Below, piece by piece: positions 38,547-51,285 of a DNA stretch of 64,000 nt. The stretch is from Octopus sinensis (lineage: Eukaryota). Location of the stretch: the NCBI RefSeq assembly GCF_006345805.1, contig NC_043009.1, positions 37,882,001 through 37,946,000 of the forward strand. The letters are read 5' to 3'. The translations under genes were made by a program, and so were the position numbers. Numbering within the stretch: the first letter of the stretch is position 1; every line of letters starts with the position of its first letter. The notes under the pieces were generated by a model. It was not told where the DNA came from. It worked only from the letters and a program-made list of their open reading frames with translations, and ran no database searches.

Positions 38547-38715
38547 CAGGGTCACCTCAGTAGTATAAGAGGACCCCAGGCAAATAAATGCACTGGACCC
38601 TATAGTACATATTTATTAACAGCAAGTCACAATATACATAGATCAGTTTTGGGCCCCAAGACCTGTGAAGACCCTGGACAAGTACCCAGTGTGCCCATGC
38701 GTTAAGATGGTGCTG
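38547..38715. mobile_element. Possible hAT-like MITE
   Basis: cagggtcacc...gggccccaag...ttaagatggtgctg resembles CAGGGCCG-type ends; no TSD seen. Confidence 0.35.
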
Positions 38716-38905
38716 CATGTAATGTAAAGAAATGTTCGTCATGAAATTCACAACTAACATTCTCCACTCTTTAAACACCTTACGCCCCCAACACCTTGGA
38801 CCAAATGAAATTTTAATCTGCCTCTTCCATTATTTTTATTATTGTTATGATTATTACTTAGGCGGTGAGTTGGCAGAATCTTAAGCATGCTGGGCGAAAT
38901 ACTTT

Positions 38906-39110
38906 ATTCTTTTACTTGTTTCAGTCATTTGACTGTGGCCATGCTGGAGCACCGCCTTTAGTCAAGTAAATCGACCGCAGGACTTATTCTTTGTAAGCCT
39001 AGTACTTATTCTCTCGGTCTCTTTTGCCGAACCGCTAAGTTACGGGGATGTAAACACGCCAGCATCGGTTGTCATGCGATGTTGGGGGGGGGGGGACAAA
39101 CACAGACACA
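38906..39110 (-). mobile_element. Family A SINE 3' half, adjacent to a family M head
   Basis: Matches the family A tail module. Confidence 0.85.
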
Positions 39111-39164
39111 TGTTTAGCTCCCTGCAGAAAATAAAAATATAAATATTTAATATTATTAAGGCAG

Positions 39165-39378
39165 TGATTTGGCAGAGTCTAAAGCATGCTGGGCTTAACA
39201 GCATTTCGTTTGTCTTCAGGCTTTGAGTTCAAATGCTGCTGAGGTCAACCTTGCGTTTCACCCTTTTTGGGGGAGTGGGTCAATAAAATAAAGTACCAGT
39301 TGAGTACTGAGGTTGATGCAATCAACTTACCCCTTCTGCTGAAGTTGCTGGCTTTGTGCCAAAATTTGAAACCGATAT
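39165..39378 (+). mobile_element. Family M SINE
   Basis: gagttcaaatgc...gcgtttcaccctttttgggg...aaagtaccag. Confidence 0.75.
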
Positions 39379-40208
39379 TTAATATTATCAAACAAGTCAA
39401 GACCAAGAAGAATGCGAAAGACTGGTGAAAATATTTAAGTTCTTCAACAGCTAAAATTCTATGAGAATAACTTGACTTGATTTCTCCAAAACATAAATAA
39501 GAGAGAGATAGATAGAGAGAGAGCGACGGATGGGGGTAAAAGATAGCTACAGAGAAAGACAGAGAAAGGGGGAGGAAGAAAGAGATATACATTAAAAGCT
39601 TATTTTTCCCACAAAAATGATCTCTATTTTTGTAACTACACTCAAGAGTTTTAGTTGTTAAAAGCGAATCATTCAGTGACGTACTGATAGCATTTCTTTG
39701 GCTTTTCTATAATAAATACAATGGTGACACATATACTCCACTTGTACTTCACTCACACTCAAGCTCATAAATGCTCAACATACATCAGCCAAAGCTGTAT
39801 AGTTAAGAAGTTTAGTGGTTCTTGGTTCAATCCCACTGTATGGCACTTTGAACAAGTTTCTTTTTTCAGTCATAAGTTTATCAATTTGGAGTTTTTAACT
39901 GGTATCTAGCTTGTGCATCTATGAATTGTCTACTAAAAGACTGTATGTGTGTCTTTCAACATGTAGGGCAGGGAGAAGGGGCACAGTGTAAGGCTGGGAA
40001 ATGGTATACATACTGGAGGATGAAGAGAAGGGGACAGAAGACCTAGCATATTGAATAACTCAGTACCATGTAACTTCAATAAATTTCATTTCTTTTTTTT
40101 TTTTCACAAATTTGAAACATGTAGAATATAATGTTAAGTGTGAAGCTGTGATGCCAATGTAGGCTAGATTTGGAAATAGATTTAGAAGTTGATGCAGGAT
40201 ATAGTTAA

Positions 40209-40430
40209 CCCTTTTGATACCAACCCGGCTGAAACCGCCTCTGACTCTGTAGTACAAATGTCTTGTTTTCATAAGTTACGAATTAAAATCTTCCACCAAA
40301 CCGTAGTCACAATTTATGTTCCTAACACTAGCTGAATGATAACTAAATTATTTTACTAAATTCTTTGTTATATTTAAAATTAATTGTAAGAAGCACAGAA
40401 CATCTCAACTGAATTATGGTGACAAAAGGG
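40209..40430. mobile_element. piggyBac-type MITE, family 1
   Basis: TTAA-CCCTTTTG ... CAAAAGGG-TTAA. Confidence 0.85.
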
Positions 40431-41567
40431 TTAAAGAGGGACACATAGAGCAACTGTCAGTGTTTGAGTATTTTTACGATTCTTAGAATTATTGTATTAA
40501 CAAAATTTGCCTAAAGTTTTAGGTAACCAACTTTATATTCTACAATAACCACCACCCCCAAATAAAATGTTTAGTCCCTCACGTCTATATGAGAGAGCAC
40601 ATGCATATCACTTGAAACAGGGAAGCTCTATTTTCATAAATGAATTTATTATAACGAATATATATATATATATATATTCGTATGCATTCATGCATATACA
40701 TGCGCATGTGCGATTGTGTATATAGTCATGTGTATATACTGTCATATATATATATATATATATATATTGATGTTATTAGTGACAAAAAAGGTAAAAGACA
40801 CTTCTCTCTCTCTCACCTACTTAATTAGTGATTGCCATGGACAGAAATATAAAAATAAGGTAAGAAAAACAATGGTACAATGAAGTAGGGCTGAAGGTCA
40901 TTTAGTGCATTACATTGAGCTTTTAGATTAAGAGTCCACAGAATTCAGTGAAGCAGCAGGTTGGTATGACAGCGAACAAGAACTACAAGTTATTTCACAT
41001 GTGACTGGCAAAATATTCATGAGTCAGAAGTCGGAGAAGAATAGTTACAAATATATATATATATATATATATATTATTAGAGAAAGAAAAGACTTGCTTT
41101 TTTTTGTTGTTGTTACTGCTTTCATTTGAGTGGTTTTCTTTTTTCTTTTTTTTTTTTTGCAAATTTCTACACCTATTATTTATGGTTTTCTATACAGATC
41201 TTTTATACAACAGTGTCTTGAGAATAAAAATCAGTCAGGGAAGAAGTGTAGCTTAATAAAAATGAGTGCTAGCAACCAAATGAAAACAAGTTTGTTACTA
41301 CATAGTGAGATGTTCATGTTTATGGTTCCCACGGTTTATTAGTAAACCAAGCAAAATATTTATATATTTTTTTTTTCCTATAACGAAATCATAAAAATAA
41401 AAACAAACTTTTCTAAAAATGTTATATCAGAAATCAAATTGTTCAGATTGAGAGGAACTTTTTTGATGCCAACCTGTCTGCGAACAATCCAAGCTCTATC
41501 CATGACCAATCCAAGACCTGTCTGTGACCAACCCAAGCTCTTTCATGAATACAGCTCATTCTAACAC

Positions 41568-41891
41568 TTTTACTTTTTTATTTGTTTCAGTTATTTGACT
41601 GTGGCCATGCTGGAGCACTGCCTTTAGTTGAGCAAATCGACCCCAGGACTTATTATTTGTTAAGCCTAGTACTTATTCTATCGGTCTCTTCTGCCGAACT
41701 GCTAAGTTACGGGGACGTAAACACACCAGCATCGGTTGTCAAGCGATGTTGGGGGGGGGGACAAACACACACACATATATATAGATATACACACATATGA
41801 CGGGCTTCTTTCAGTTTCTGTCTACCAAATCCACTCACAAGGCTTTGGTCGGCTCGAGGCTATAGTAGAAGACACTTGCCCAAGGTGCCAC
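41568..41891 (-). mobile_element. Family A SINE, head truncated
   Basis: Matches the family A consensus. Confidence 0.88.
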
Positions 41892-42319
41892 TATTATTAT
41901 AACGAATTGTGTCTATTTATCACCCAATGAGATACGTCTGCCCTGCCAGATGCTCCTGAACCAGTTGTTGAGTGTCCCACCCAAGAGGGATTGATGCTAG
42001 ATACGTTGGAACAATTGTCATGATTAATAGATTCTCATATATTCCATCTTCTGTCTTTCATTTGCTTATATATATATATATAAATACGCACACGCATGCA
42101 CGGACACACACACAACACATAATGGGCTTCTACACAGTTTTCGTCCATCAAATATATTCACATGGTATGGTTTGGCCTGGGGCTATAATAGAAGGCACTT
42201 GCTTAAGGTGGCATGCAGTGGGATTGACCCCACAAGGAAAGAAAAGAGAGAAATAGATGGTTATGGTTGGAACGCCTTCGATCATAGGTCTGCTCAGCCA
42301 GGGTTGACCAGGGGCTAAG

Positions 42320-42590
42320 CAAAAACAACAACAAAAACAATGAGAACTACAATGGTTATAATGCCAGAAACAATGATGATAAGAACAACGACGACGACAA
42401 CAAGAACAACAAATAACAATGACAGCAAACAATAATAAAATCAACCAAAAGCATGATCAACTCAACTAACAACAACAACAACAAAAACAAGAACAGCAAC
42501 AAAACTAACAGAACAACAAGCAAAAACATTTGGACAACTGAACAAACAACCAACAAAAACAACAAACAACTACTATGACAAACAACCAAG
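42320..42590. repeat. Degenerate (CAA)n low-complexity tract
   Basis: A/C-rich triplet repeats. Confidence 0.85.
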
Positions 42591-43258
42591 GAAATAAAGT
42601 AGAAACTTATAAAAATATATTCTGATGGTCTTTATTGAACAAAGTATTTAATAAAAAGAAATTGAAGCAATAAAATTAAATGACTTTCAGGAAAAATACA
42701 TTGGAGATAGTCATAAAAATGTTACGGCTGCCAATATATCAAAGGCATGAGAATAATTTGCACACCTAAAGTTTAAATTGAATTTAAAACTAAAAGATGA
42801 AATATATTTTCGAAGAAAAGCATCTAAGAATAGGAATAAAAATAAATATTTCGAATATTAACTGAAATATTTTAAAAAATAAAAATAAAACGGGAAAGAA
42901 GAAAATAAATGAAAAATATGTAGAAATTTGCAAAATTATGTTTTCCTTCTAACAAACACAAACACACACACACATATATATATATATATACACACATATG
43001 CGCTCATATATACATATGTATGTATACATACACCAACAAAAACAGGAATGTGCGCGTGTGTGTATTTACACACATACATTCAAGTGTGCATGAAGGCACT
43101 TCAATATATATATAAATGTACATGCACAAATGTATGTACATATAAATATACACATATGTATACATACATATGTGTGTGTGTGTGTATATATGTACACATC
43201 ACACACATAGTAGCCATTACAGGTAAACATTTGTTGGAGTACTGCCTTCGAAATTGCA

Positions 43259-43293
<35 letters not shown>

Positions 43294-43814
43294 TATATAT
43301 ATATACATATATATATATACATATATATACATACATATATATATATACATATATATATACATACATATATACATATATATATATATACACATATATATAT
43401 ATATTACATACACACATACATGTTTATATGTATATGAATCAGTGGCATGGCAAGACAAAATGCACCCATTCCACTCAATAAAATGGTGGGTGTGAGGAAT
43501 GGAATCTAGTCATAGAAACCATGGCAAAAATAGAACATATGATCAAAATTTGGTCCCTGATCCATCTTCGAGTTGTACAATAATTGCAAATAGGATTGGC
43601 ATGGATTCAATGCCCTATCCAACCCATGCCAGTCACCATGGAAAGCGGACATGAAATGATAGTAATGATGACAATGTACTCACACACACACTCACATCAT
43701 CATTGTTTAACATCCGTTTTCCATGCTAGCATGGGTGAGACCACACATACGTATATACACACGCACATATATACATGCATGAATATATACGTCAACACCA
43801 ACATCAAATAAAAA

Positions 43815-44138
43815 TCAAATGGAAATTGTAGTTAAGATACCTATGCCGGTAGCACGTAAAAAGCACCGTCCGAATGTGGCAGATGCCAGCGCCGCCTGAC
43901 TGGCGTCCGTGTCGGTAACACGTAAAAGCACCAACCAATCGTGGCTGTCTGCCAGTGGCACGTAAAAAACACCCACTACATTCACAGAGTGTTTGGCGTT
44001 AGGAAGGGCATCAAGCTGTAGAAACACTGCTATATCAGACTGGAGTCTGGTGCAGCCTCCAGGCCTCCCATCCCCGGTCGAACCGTCCAACCCATGCTAG
44101 CATGGAAAACGGACGTTAAACAATGATGATGATGATGA
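43815..44138 (+). mobile_element. RTE-type 3' end with internal units and (GAT)n tail
   Basis: Reverse-orientation near-copy of 18545-18900. Confidence 0.85.
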
Positions 44139-44811
44139 TATATCTTCCTACCTATTTATCAATATATAATGTTTTGGATAGTCTCTTGAGTTTGAGAAAG
44201 ACGATTCCATAACTTCTTGAGCATCCTGCACGGATATTTGTTTATTATGATCAAAGGTTTGTGCTGTCCATTAGCACACTCTCTCTATCAAATTAACACT
44301 GCACAAAGTTCCACACATCAGATGTTGAAGTGATTGCAGAGTAACATGAAATGGAATGTTTTGCACAAGAACACAATGCAGCATTTGGTCTGGGAATCAA
44401 AATCTCATGATATATACATATTCTTTTACTTGTTTTGGTCATTCGACTGTAGCCACCATGCACTTTGAAGGGTTTTAGTCTAACAAAAATTGACGCCATG
44501 GCTTTTTTTTTTAAAGTCTAGTACTTATTCTATTAGTCTCTTTTGCCGAACCATTAAGTTACAGGGACGTAAACATACCAATACTGGTTGTCAAGCGGTG
44601 ACGAGAGTACAAACACAGTATCAAAGACACACACATACACACATACATACATATAAAACATGGTTTATTTGTGACCAGGTGTTCATAAACTGAGGTGCAA
44701 CTGTATTAAATGAACATGAGAAAGACAGGAGATAAAGCACGATTTATTTGTGATCAGAGGTATTTGAAAACTAAGGTACTGCTATATATATATATATACA
44801 TACACACACAC

Positions 44812-45032
44812 AGGGGGGGGGGTTGCAAAGTTCCTGGCTTTAAGGATATTGTGAAAGCCGTGGTTGGAGGCCCAACATTCTGAGTTCTTTTACAGGGCTT
44901 AGAAAAACTGAAGGACTGACTGCTGCAATAAGTGTGTGAACCTGAGAGGGGAATATGTTGAGTAAAATCATAATTAACTGATCCTCTTGTATTTTCTTTT
45001 ACCCAAGGCCAGGAACTTTTCAGCACCCCCTC
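44812..45032 (+). mobile_element. mariner-derived MITE
   Basis: Imperfect TIR ggggggttgcaaagttcctggc / gccaggaacttttcagcaccccctc; internal KCVNLRGEYVE* matches the mariner transposase C-terminus. Confidence 0.75.
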
Positions 45033-45067
45033 ATGTGTGTGGGAATGTATATATATATATATATATA

Positions 45068-45342
45068 TTAGTTCAATCCATGCCAGCATAGAACATGATG
45101 ACGGTGGTGGTATAGGTAAATCTAATATATATATATATATTAGTTCAACCCATGCCAGCATAGAACATGATGATGGTGGTGGTATATAGGTAAATCTAAT
45201 ATATATATATATATATATATATAAGTTCAACCCAATGCCAGCATAAAACATGATGATGGTGGTGGTATAGGTAAATCTAATATATATATTTAGTTCGACC
45301 CATGCCAGCATAGAACATGATGACGGTGGTGGTATAGGTAAA

Positions 45343-45347
<5 letters not shown>
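45068..45347 (+). repeat. Minisatellite, four units of ~55 bp separated by (TA)n
   Basis: ttagttcaacccatgccagcatagaacatgatgatggtggtggtataggtaaatctaat repeated. Confidence 0.92.
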
Positions 45348-45397
<50 letters not shown>

Positions 45398-45866
45398 GGA
45401 TATATAAATGTACGTAAGCATGTATAAATAACCATATGAATATAATATAAAGTGACAGAGGGCTGGCTTGTAGACAGTTTAATAGATAAAGTTGTAATAT
45501 GCTAGTACTTCATTTACCAAGTTAAAAGGATTCACTAAGAGAAACAACAAATGAATAAATAAATAAACGATAGAAAAAACAAATGAAGAGAAATAAATAT
45601 TGAATCTAACAACAATTTAGGAGAAATAAACTGATAATAGCTGAAGTGATAGGGGTGTTAAAGTAAGGTAATTAAGAAAGAAAGAGAAAAGAAAAGGAAA
45701 AGAAAGTAATAACAACAATTACTGTTAGATATGTCACTTGTGGTTTTAAGGAGAAAATTAGGCTTAATTCTGATCTTTTTTTTTTATCAGAGTTAAGATC
45801 ACTGATGAAATGGAATAGAATTCCCTTTCTGACATTCTGTTATTCTAATATAATATTATTGCTTGA

Positions 45867-45900
<34 letters not shown>

Positions 45901-46079
45901 GGTGGTAATGATGATGATATTAAGTAAGCAGCTTGGTGAGTAAATGATAAAAATATAAGTTCCCTTGCTCCCTGTTCAGGTAATATTAAAATCCCATTTT
46001 AGATATTCTTGGTAGATAACAAGTTAACTTGAAAGTGGCAGGGCAACGATGATGACTACTACTACTACGACGACGACTA

Positions 46080-46361
46080 CAAGAAGAAGAAGAAGAAGAA
46101 GAAGAAGAAGAAGAAGAAGAAGAAGAAGAAGAAGAAAGAAGAAGAAGAAGAAGAAGAAGAAGAAGAAGAAGAAGAAGAAGAAAGAAGAAGAAGAAAAGAG
46201 AAGAAGAAAGAAGAAGAAGAAGAAGAAGAAGAAGAAGAAGAAGAAGAAGAAGAAGAAGAAGAAGAAAGAAGAAGAAGAAGAAGAAGAAGAAAGAAGAAGA
46301 AGAAGAAGAAGAAGAAGAAGAAGAAGAAGAAGAAGAAGAAGAAGAAGAAGAAGAAGAAGAA
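46080..46361. repeat. Long (AAG)n microsatellite
   Basis: About 280 bp with a few single-base interruptions. Confidence 0.97.
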
Positions 46362-46364
46362 ATT

Positions 46365-47315
46365 GAGATAACGGGTTTCAAATTTTTGGCCTAGTACTTG
46401 ACTGGAGTTTATTTTATTGACCCTTGAATGAATGAAAGGCAAAGTTGCAGGAATTGAACTCAGAGTGTAAAAAGCTAGAAGAAATACCACTAAGCATTTT
46501 GTCTGGTGTGCTAATAATAATAATAATAATAGTATTAATAATCCTTTCTACTATACAAACAAGGGCTGAAATTTTGAGAGAGTTGATTACATTAACCCCA
46601 GTGCTTGACTGGTACTTATTTTATCAACCCTGGAAGAACAAAAGGCATCGTTGACCTCAGTGGAATTTGAACTCAGAACGAAAACATGGATGAAATGCTG
46701 CTAAGCATTTTGCCCGGTATGCTAATGATTCTGCCACCTCATAATAATAATAATAATTTTTTCTACTCTAGGCACAAAGCCCGAAATTTTGTGGGAGGGA
46801 GGAGTTGATTAGACCGACCTCAGTATGCAACTGGTACTTAATTTATTGACCCCGAAAGGATGAAAGGCAAAGTCAACCTCGGTGGAATCTGAACTCAGAA
46901 TGTAAAGACAGAGGAATTACAGCCGTGTTTCGTGATCTGCTACCACAACAGGTCCTTTATAGGATCCAGTTAGCTCAAGACATCATCAGGAGGAACCACG
47001 CCCAGTTTCGGCCCCTACTCCTCTACCGTTTTGACATGGCGGGGCCCCCTCTTTCGGAGGTGTCTTCAGCTCTGGTGTTGGGTGCATGTCTTCTTTCTTC
47101 TGTTCCCACTAAGCATTTTACCCAGTGTGCTAACGTTCCTGCCAGCTTGCCATCCTAATAGTAATAATGGTTTCAAATTTTGGCACAAGGCCAACTGGTA
47201 CTTATTTTATTGAGTCTGAAAGGATGAAAGACAACGTCGACCTTAGTGGAATTTGAACTCTGAATGTGAAGGCAGATGAAATACTGCTAAGCATTTTGCC
47301 CAGTATGCTAATGAA
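46365..47315 (-). mobile_element. Tandem cluster of four family M SINEs
   Basis: Four gaactcagaa/ctaagcattt modules separated by (AAT)n. Confidence 0.85.
46921..47106 (-). other. GC-rich structured insertion with two hammerhead-like motifs
   Basis: Interrupts a family M head at gaattac|cactaagc; minus strand has CTGAAGA...GAAAC and CTGATGA...GAAACACGGCTGTA. Confidence 0.5.
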
Positions 47316-47349
47316 CTCACATTGAGAAACACTCATTTTGGGAAGTCAT

Positions 47350-47752
47350 TCTCTTTTACTTGTTTCAGTCATTTGACTGCGGCCATGCTGGAGCACCGCC
47401 TTTAGTTAAGCAAATCGACCCCGGGACTTATTCTTTGTAAGCCCAGTACTTATTCTATCGGTCTCTTTTGCCGAACTGCTAGGTGATGGGGACGTAAACA
47501 CACCAGCATTGGTTGTCAAGCAATGCTAGGGGGACAAACACAGACACACAAACATATACACACACATACACATATATACATATAATACGACAGGCTTCTT
47601 TCAGTTTCCGTCTACCAAATCCACTCACAAGGCATTGGTCGGCCCGAGGCTATAGCAGAAGACACTTGCCCAAGATGTCACGCAGTGGGACTGAACCCGG
47701 AACCATGTGGTTGGTAAGCAAGCTACTTACCACACAGCCACTCCTGCACCTA
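47350..47752 (-). mobile_element. Family A SINE
   Basis: Matches the family A consensus. Confidence 0.92.
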
Positions 47753-49397
47753 TATGAAGTTAACATGGATTTTTTCTTCTTTTAGTTTGGAGAGAAGGGT
47801 AGTGGCTATGAATCCTTTACAGGGCTCCCTATACTAGTGAGAAGAAGGCATGAAGGTACCCTCAAACCAGAGACTTAGTCCAAATGCTTGCAACAGAGTG
47901 GATCCCATTAGAGGTTACCATGATGATAGGTTATAGTAAAAACTACAGATATCTGTTGCTCGGCTGTTTATTTCATCTCTGTGTATGTGTGAGATTGTAT
48001 ATATATGTATGTATGTGTGTGTGTATGAGAATGCAAATGAGTGTGTGAGAGGGAGTGGGTGTGTGTGTGAGAAATAGTGAGGGTGTGTGAGTGAACAGAG
48101 AGTGTGTATGTGTGTGAAATAAAAAGGTATCTATTTTTGTATATATATTTCATTCTTGGGAGAATTTTTTAAGTTTAAGGGGGACATACAAGAAATACTA
48201 CAATATCCTACATACAATTGAATAGCCACTCATAAATATACACCAACTTACTCGGTGCATCATGCTTTTGAATTAGGATTCTATCTAGGTTAATTAAAAC
48301 TTTTGTCCATCTGAGATCAATAAAATGACAAGTCAACAGCTTCTGGGTTAAATAATTCATTGATTATACGCAATTATAGGTGCAGATGTAGCTGTGCGGT
48401 GAAGGAGTTCACTTCTGATTCATTTAGTCTCAGGGTCAGTCTCCCTGTGTGGCACTTTGGGCAAGTTTATCCCCCTGTTGACTGATGCCCTGTGACTAGA
48501 ATTTCATAGATGCAAACTATAGAAACTCATCATCATCATCATTACTATCATTCTCAGTCTCTTTCTTCCATATACTTACATACACATATAGTTTTATCCA
48601 GTTCTGGCATTCCATACATTGTGTATATAAAGAGTGAATTTTGTGTGTATATTTAGAGTTGAATTGTTGACGTAACTTTCTTTATTTGCATTGATTTGTG
48701 AATATACAATTGTATTGCATAATACTAAAAGCACATATCAATGCAAACATGTTCACATAATTTCTTGCATACTAAAATTAATACTACATGAAGAAGGTTG
48801 TGAAACGGCTGTAACCCTATGGAAGTCATGTGGTTAAATATATATTCACCACTTATACTACCTGTAACTTAGTAGTTAGACAGACAAACAGAGATGGCAA
48901 AGTAAAAGACTGTAATAATTAATGAGGAAAGAGGGCCATATCATCAGCTAATACTTTCGAAGTTAATGTCACAGCATGGTCACAGTCCAATGACTGAAGC
49001 CGGTAAAAGGATAAAAGACAGAAACTCTTGAGAGCAAATTTCTCTTAGAAGAAAAAAAAAAAAGAATAATAAAAAAATTAAGGTGTAACTAAATCAAGAA
49101 CTTTCACTTCCCTTTCTAACACCCAAAATGATTTTCTAGTACTGTGTACTTTCCACTCTGTTTTACTTTGGTCAGCATTAGGTTACATATATCAACTGTG
49201 TGTGTGAGAGAGGAAGAGAGAAAGAGAGGGCAAGAGAAAGACAGAGATAGGAGAGAGAGGGGGGGAAGATAGGATAGAGGAAGGAGAGATTCATAAAAAT
49301 TTTGAGTTGACCCTTGTTAAATTTACAACAAAAATTTTGTAGTTGAAACAAATTAGGTAAAATTATATATTTTTTCATCATCTTTGCCATACTTCAA

Positions 49398-49618
49398 CCC
49401 TTTTCTTACCAATATTTCTGTGGAAATAGACTTGCTTTTGTTTCAGTTAATTTGAAGAATAATAAAGAATTTAGTAAAATAACTGGTTTGGTGTTTGGAA
49501 CATAAAATGAATACGAAATTTTGATGGAAGGTTTTTTTTTTTATCTAAATCACTTCCAAGTATGAATTTTGTATCATAGAACTAACAGAAGCTGGTCTCA
49601 GGTAAGTTGGTAAAAGGG
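49398..49618. mobile_element. piggyBac-type MITE family 1, degenerate
   Basis: CCCTTTT ... AAAAGGG with decayed TTAA; internal match to 2880-3090. Confidence 0.6.
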
Positions 49619-50042
49619 TGAAGCCTTTCTTTATCATATTTTCGTTGAAATATGCTGCTTTTATTTCAATTAAGTTTGAAAATGATGAAGAACTTACTAA
49701 AATAACTGTCATTATGTAGCAGTGTTGGGGCTAGAATTAGATAATCAATTTTGGTGGTACCCCTTCATATCCACAGAACTGTAATGCATGTTAGTTATCA
49801 TGATATTAAGCTTATTCATGTAAAGCCAGTTCATATTTGAAGAAACCCATCAAAAGAATGACCTGTAAGTCAATTCACACCAAAACTGCATCCAAGGTTT
49901 TATCTGTTGACAAGAGGATTTTCAATCAGCTTTACTCAATATTCCCATTTTAACACCCCTTACACCAGATTATTGTTAGTTGCATCTAAGCAAACATATT
50001 CACCATATTTGCTGTCTGCTAGCTTGCACCTCTGTACAAATA

Positions 50043-50352
50043 CAGGGTGCGTAAGGTATTTGAGGTCGTAACTTTTTTTAGGTCATTGCTGCATTTTTTG
50101 CTCACTCTGCATAATCTTTGTTTCAGAAAATAATGGCAGACCCTCAGCTTTCTCAAGAATTGAAGGGGCATGCTGTTATTGTGGTTATAAAGGCTGAGCA
50201 TAGTGATTTAGAAATATCTTGATTTTTAAAAGTTGCCAGATCTTTCGTCTACAATGTTTGTAAGGAGTTACACACTGAAAATGGAAATGTATCACCAGTA
50301 TCAAAGCATAAAAAAGCATTCTAAATGCTCTGAAATTATCAGAACACCTGAA
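50043..50352 (+). mobile_element. Tc1/mariner-superfamily 5' relic (transposase N-terminus pseudogene)
   Basis: TA-CAGGGTG end; ATG at 50133 gives MADPQLSQELKGHAVIVVIKAEHSDLEIS*FLKVARSFVYNVCKEL..., then after a frameshift HKKHSKCSEIIRTPE (HTH-type). Confidence 0.7.
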
Positions 50353-50749
50353 TCTATCTCAAACTTATTTGAATTTATCTGTCTGCTAACTGCACCTCCG
50401 CAAAGACTGTCACCATATTCACAGCCGGTTAACTGTACCTCTGGAAAAATAGTCCCATTTTCATAGCTTGTCTACTTTCCAATCACACATATTCTGTGTT
50501 TCTCCCAGTTTTCCCTGCTTCAATACTATTGCAAATAGTTTGAAAATGAAAAATTCTTCCAATAGTATGAGTGATCTGTAGAATAGGTTTGGCATCACAG
50601 TAAGTCAGTATGCATGTAGACTCTTCTCTCTCCCTCTCCCATTCAAACATCCATCTTCTATGATTATTTAATCTATGTTCTTGAAGCATACAATAGTATA
50701 CCACATATTCAAAGGAAGCCATCTCTCAGAACCTTCCATGGCTATAGAT

Positions 50750-50910
50750 ATAGGCATAGCTGTGTGGTTAAGAAGCCAGCTTCCTAACCATGTAGGTTTG
50801 GGTTCAGTCCCAACTGTGACACTTTCGACAAGTGCCTTCTTCTTTAGCCCCAATCTGACCAAAGCCTTCTAAGTGGATTCAGTGGATGAAAACTGAAAGA
50901 AACCCATCGT
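50750..50910 (+). mobile_element. Degenerate family A 5' half
   Basis: tagctgtgtggttaagaag...gggttcagtccc...aaactgaaagaaaccc. Confidence 0.7.
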
Positions 50911-51097
50911 GTGTGTTTGGGTGTTCCCTTTTGTTTGTCAAAAAAACATATTTCTAGTCTTCTGTGAAATATATCAGGTCTGGTCATAGGGAAATATTAC
51001 CTCACTTGGAAACAAGTGAGGGTTAATGACAGGAAGGGTATCCAACTGCAGAAAATATATCTGATTCATGCAAGTATGCTGTATGCATGTGACCGCG

Positions 51098-51285
51098 TGT
51101 GTACCGTTGGCGTTTTTTTACCTCTGTCTTCCCTTCTCTGGATCTTTCCTTCTCCTATGTTTCTGACGAAGAGCTCCGCTCGAAACATTAAACCCTCCTT
51201 CTTTCCTGAGCGTCCAATAATACTATATTTGTTCCACATCCTCGCGTTGTTGTGTTTTTTTGTGCTTTCTTGTTTGGATTAACTA
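51098..51285 (+). mobile_element. Penelope-like element terminal fragment with minimal hammerhead-like motif
   Basis: gttt-CTGACGA-a-GAGC-tcc-GCTC-GAAAC-att-aaac; such motifs are typical of PLE pLTRs. Confidence 0.6.

Noticed and set aside
42928-43481. Y/I/H/T-rich overlapping ORFs
   Set aside because: They are (TA)n/(CA)n microsatellite translations
45068-45347. CRISPR array
   Set aside because: The spacers are only (TA)n, the repeat derives from an RTE tail, the context is eukaryotic and there are no cas genes
45986-46490. Poly-K/R/E, poly-S and poly-F ORFs
   Set aside because: They are translations of the (AAG)n microsatellite
47005-47065. HDV-like ribozyme on the plus strand
   Set aside because: Crossing helices exist (ggcccc/ggggcc and gacat/gtgtc), but the helix order and L3/J4-2 motifs do not fit the HDV topology
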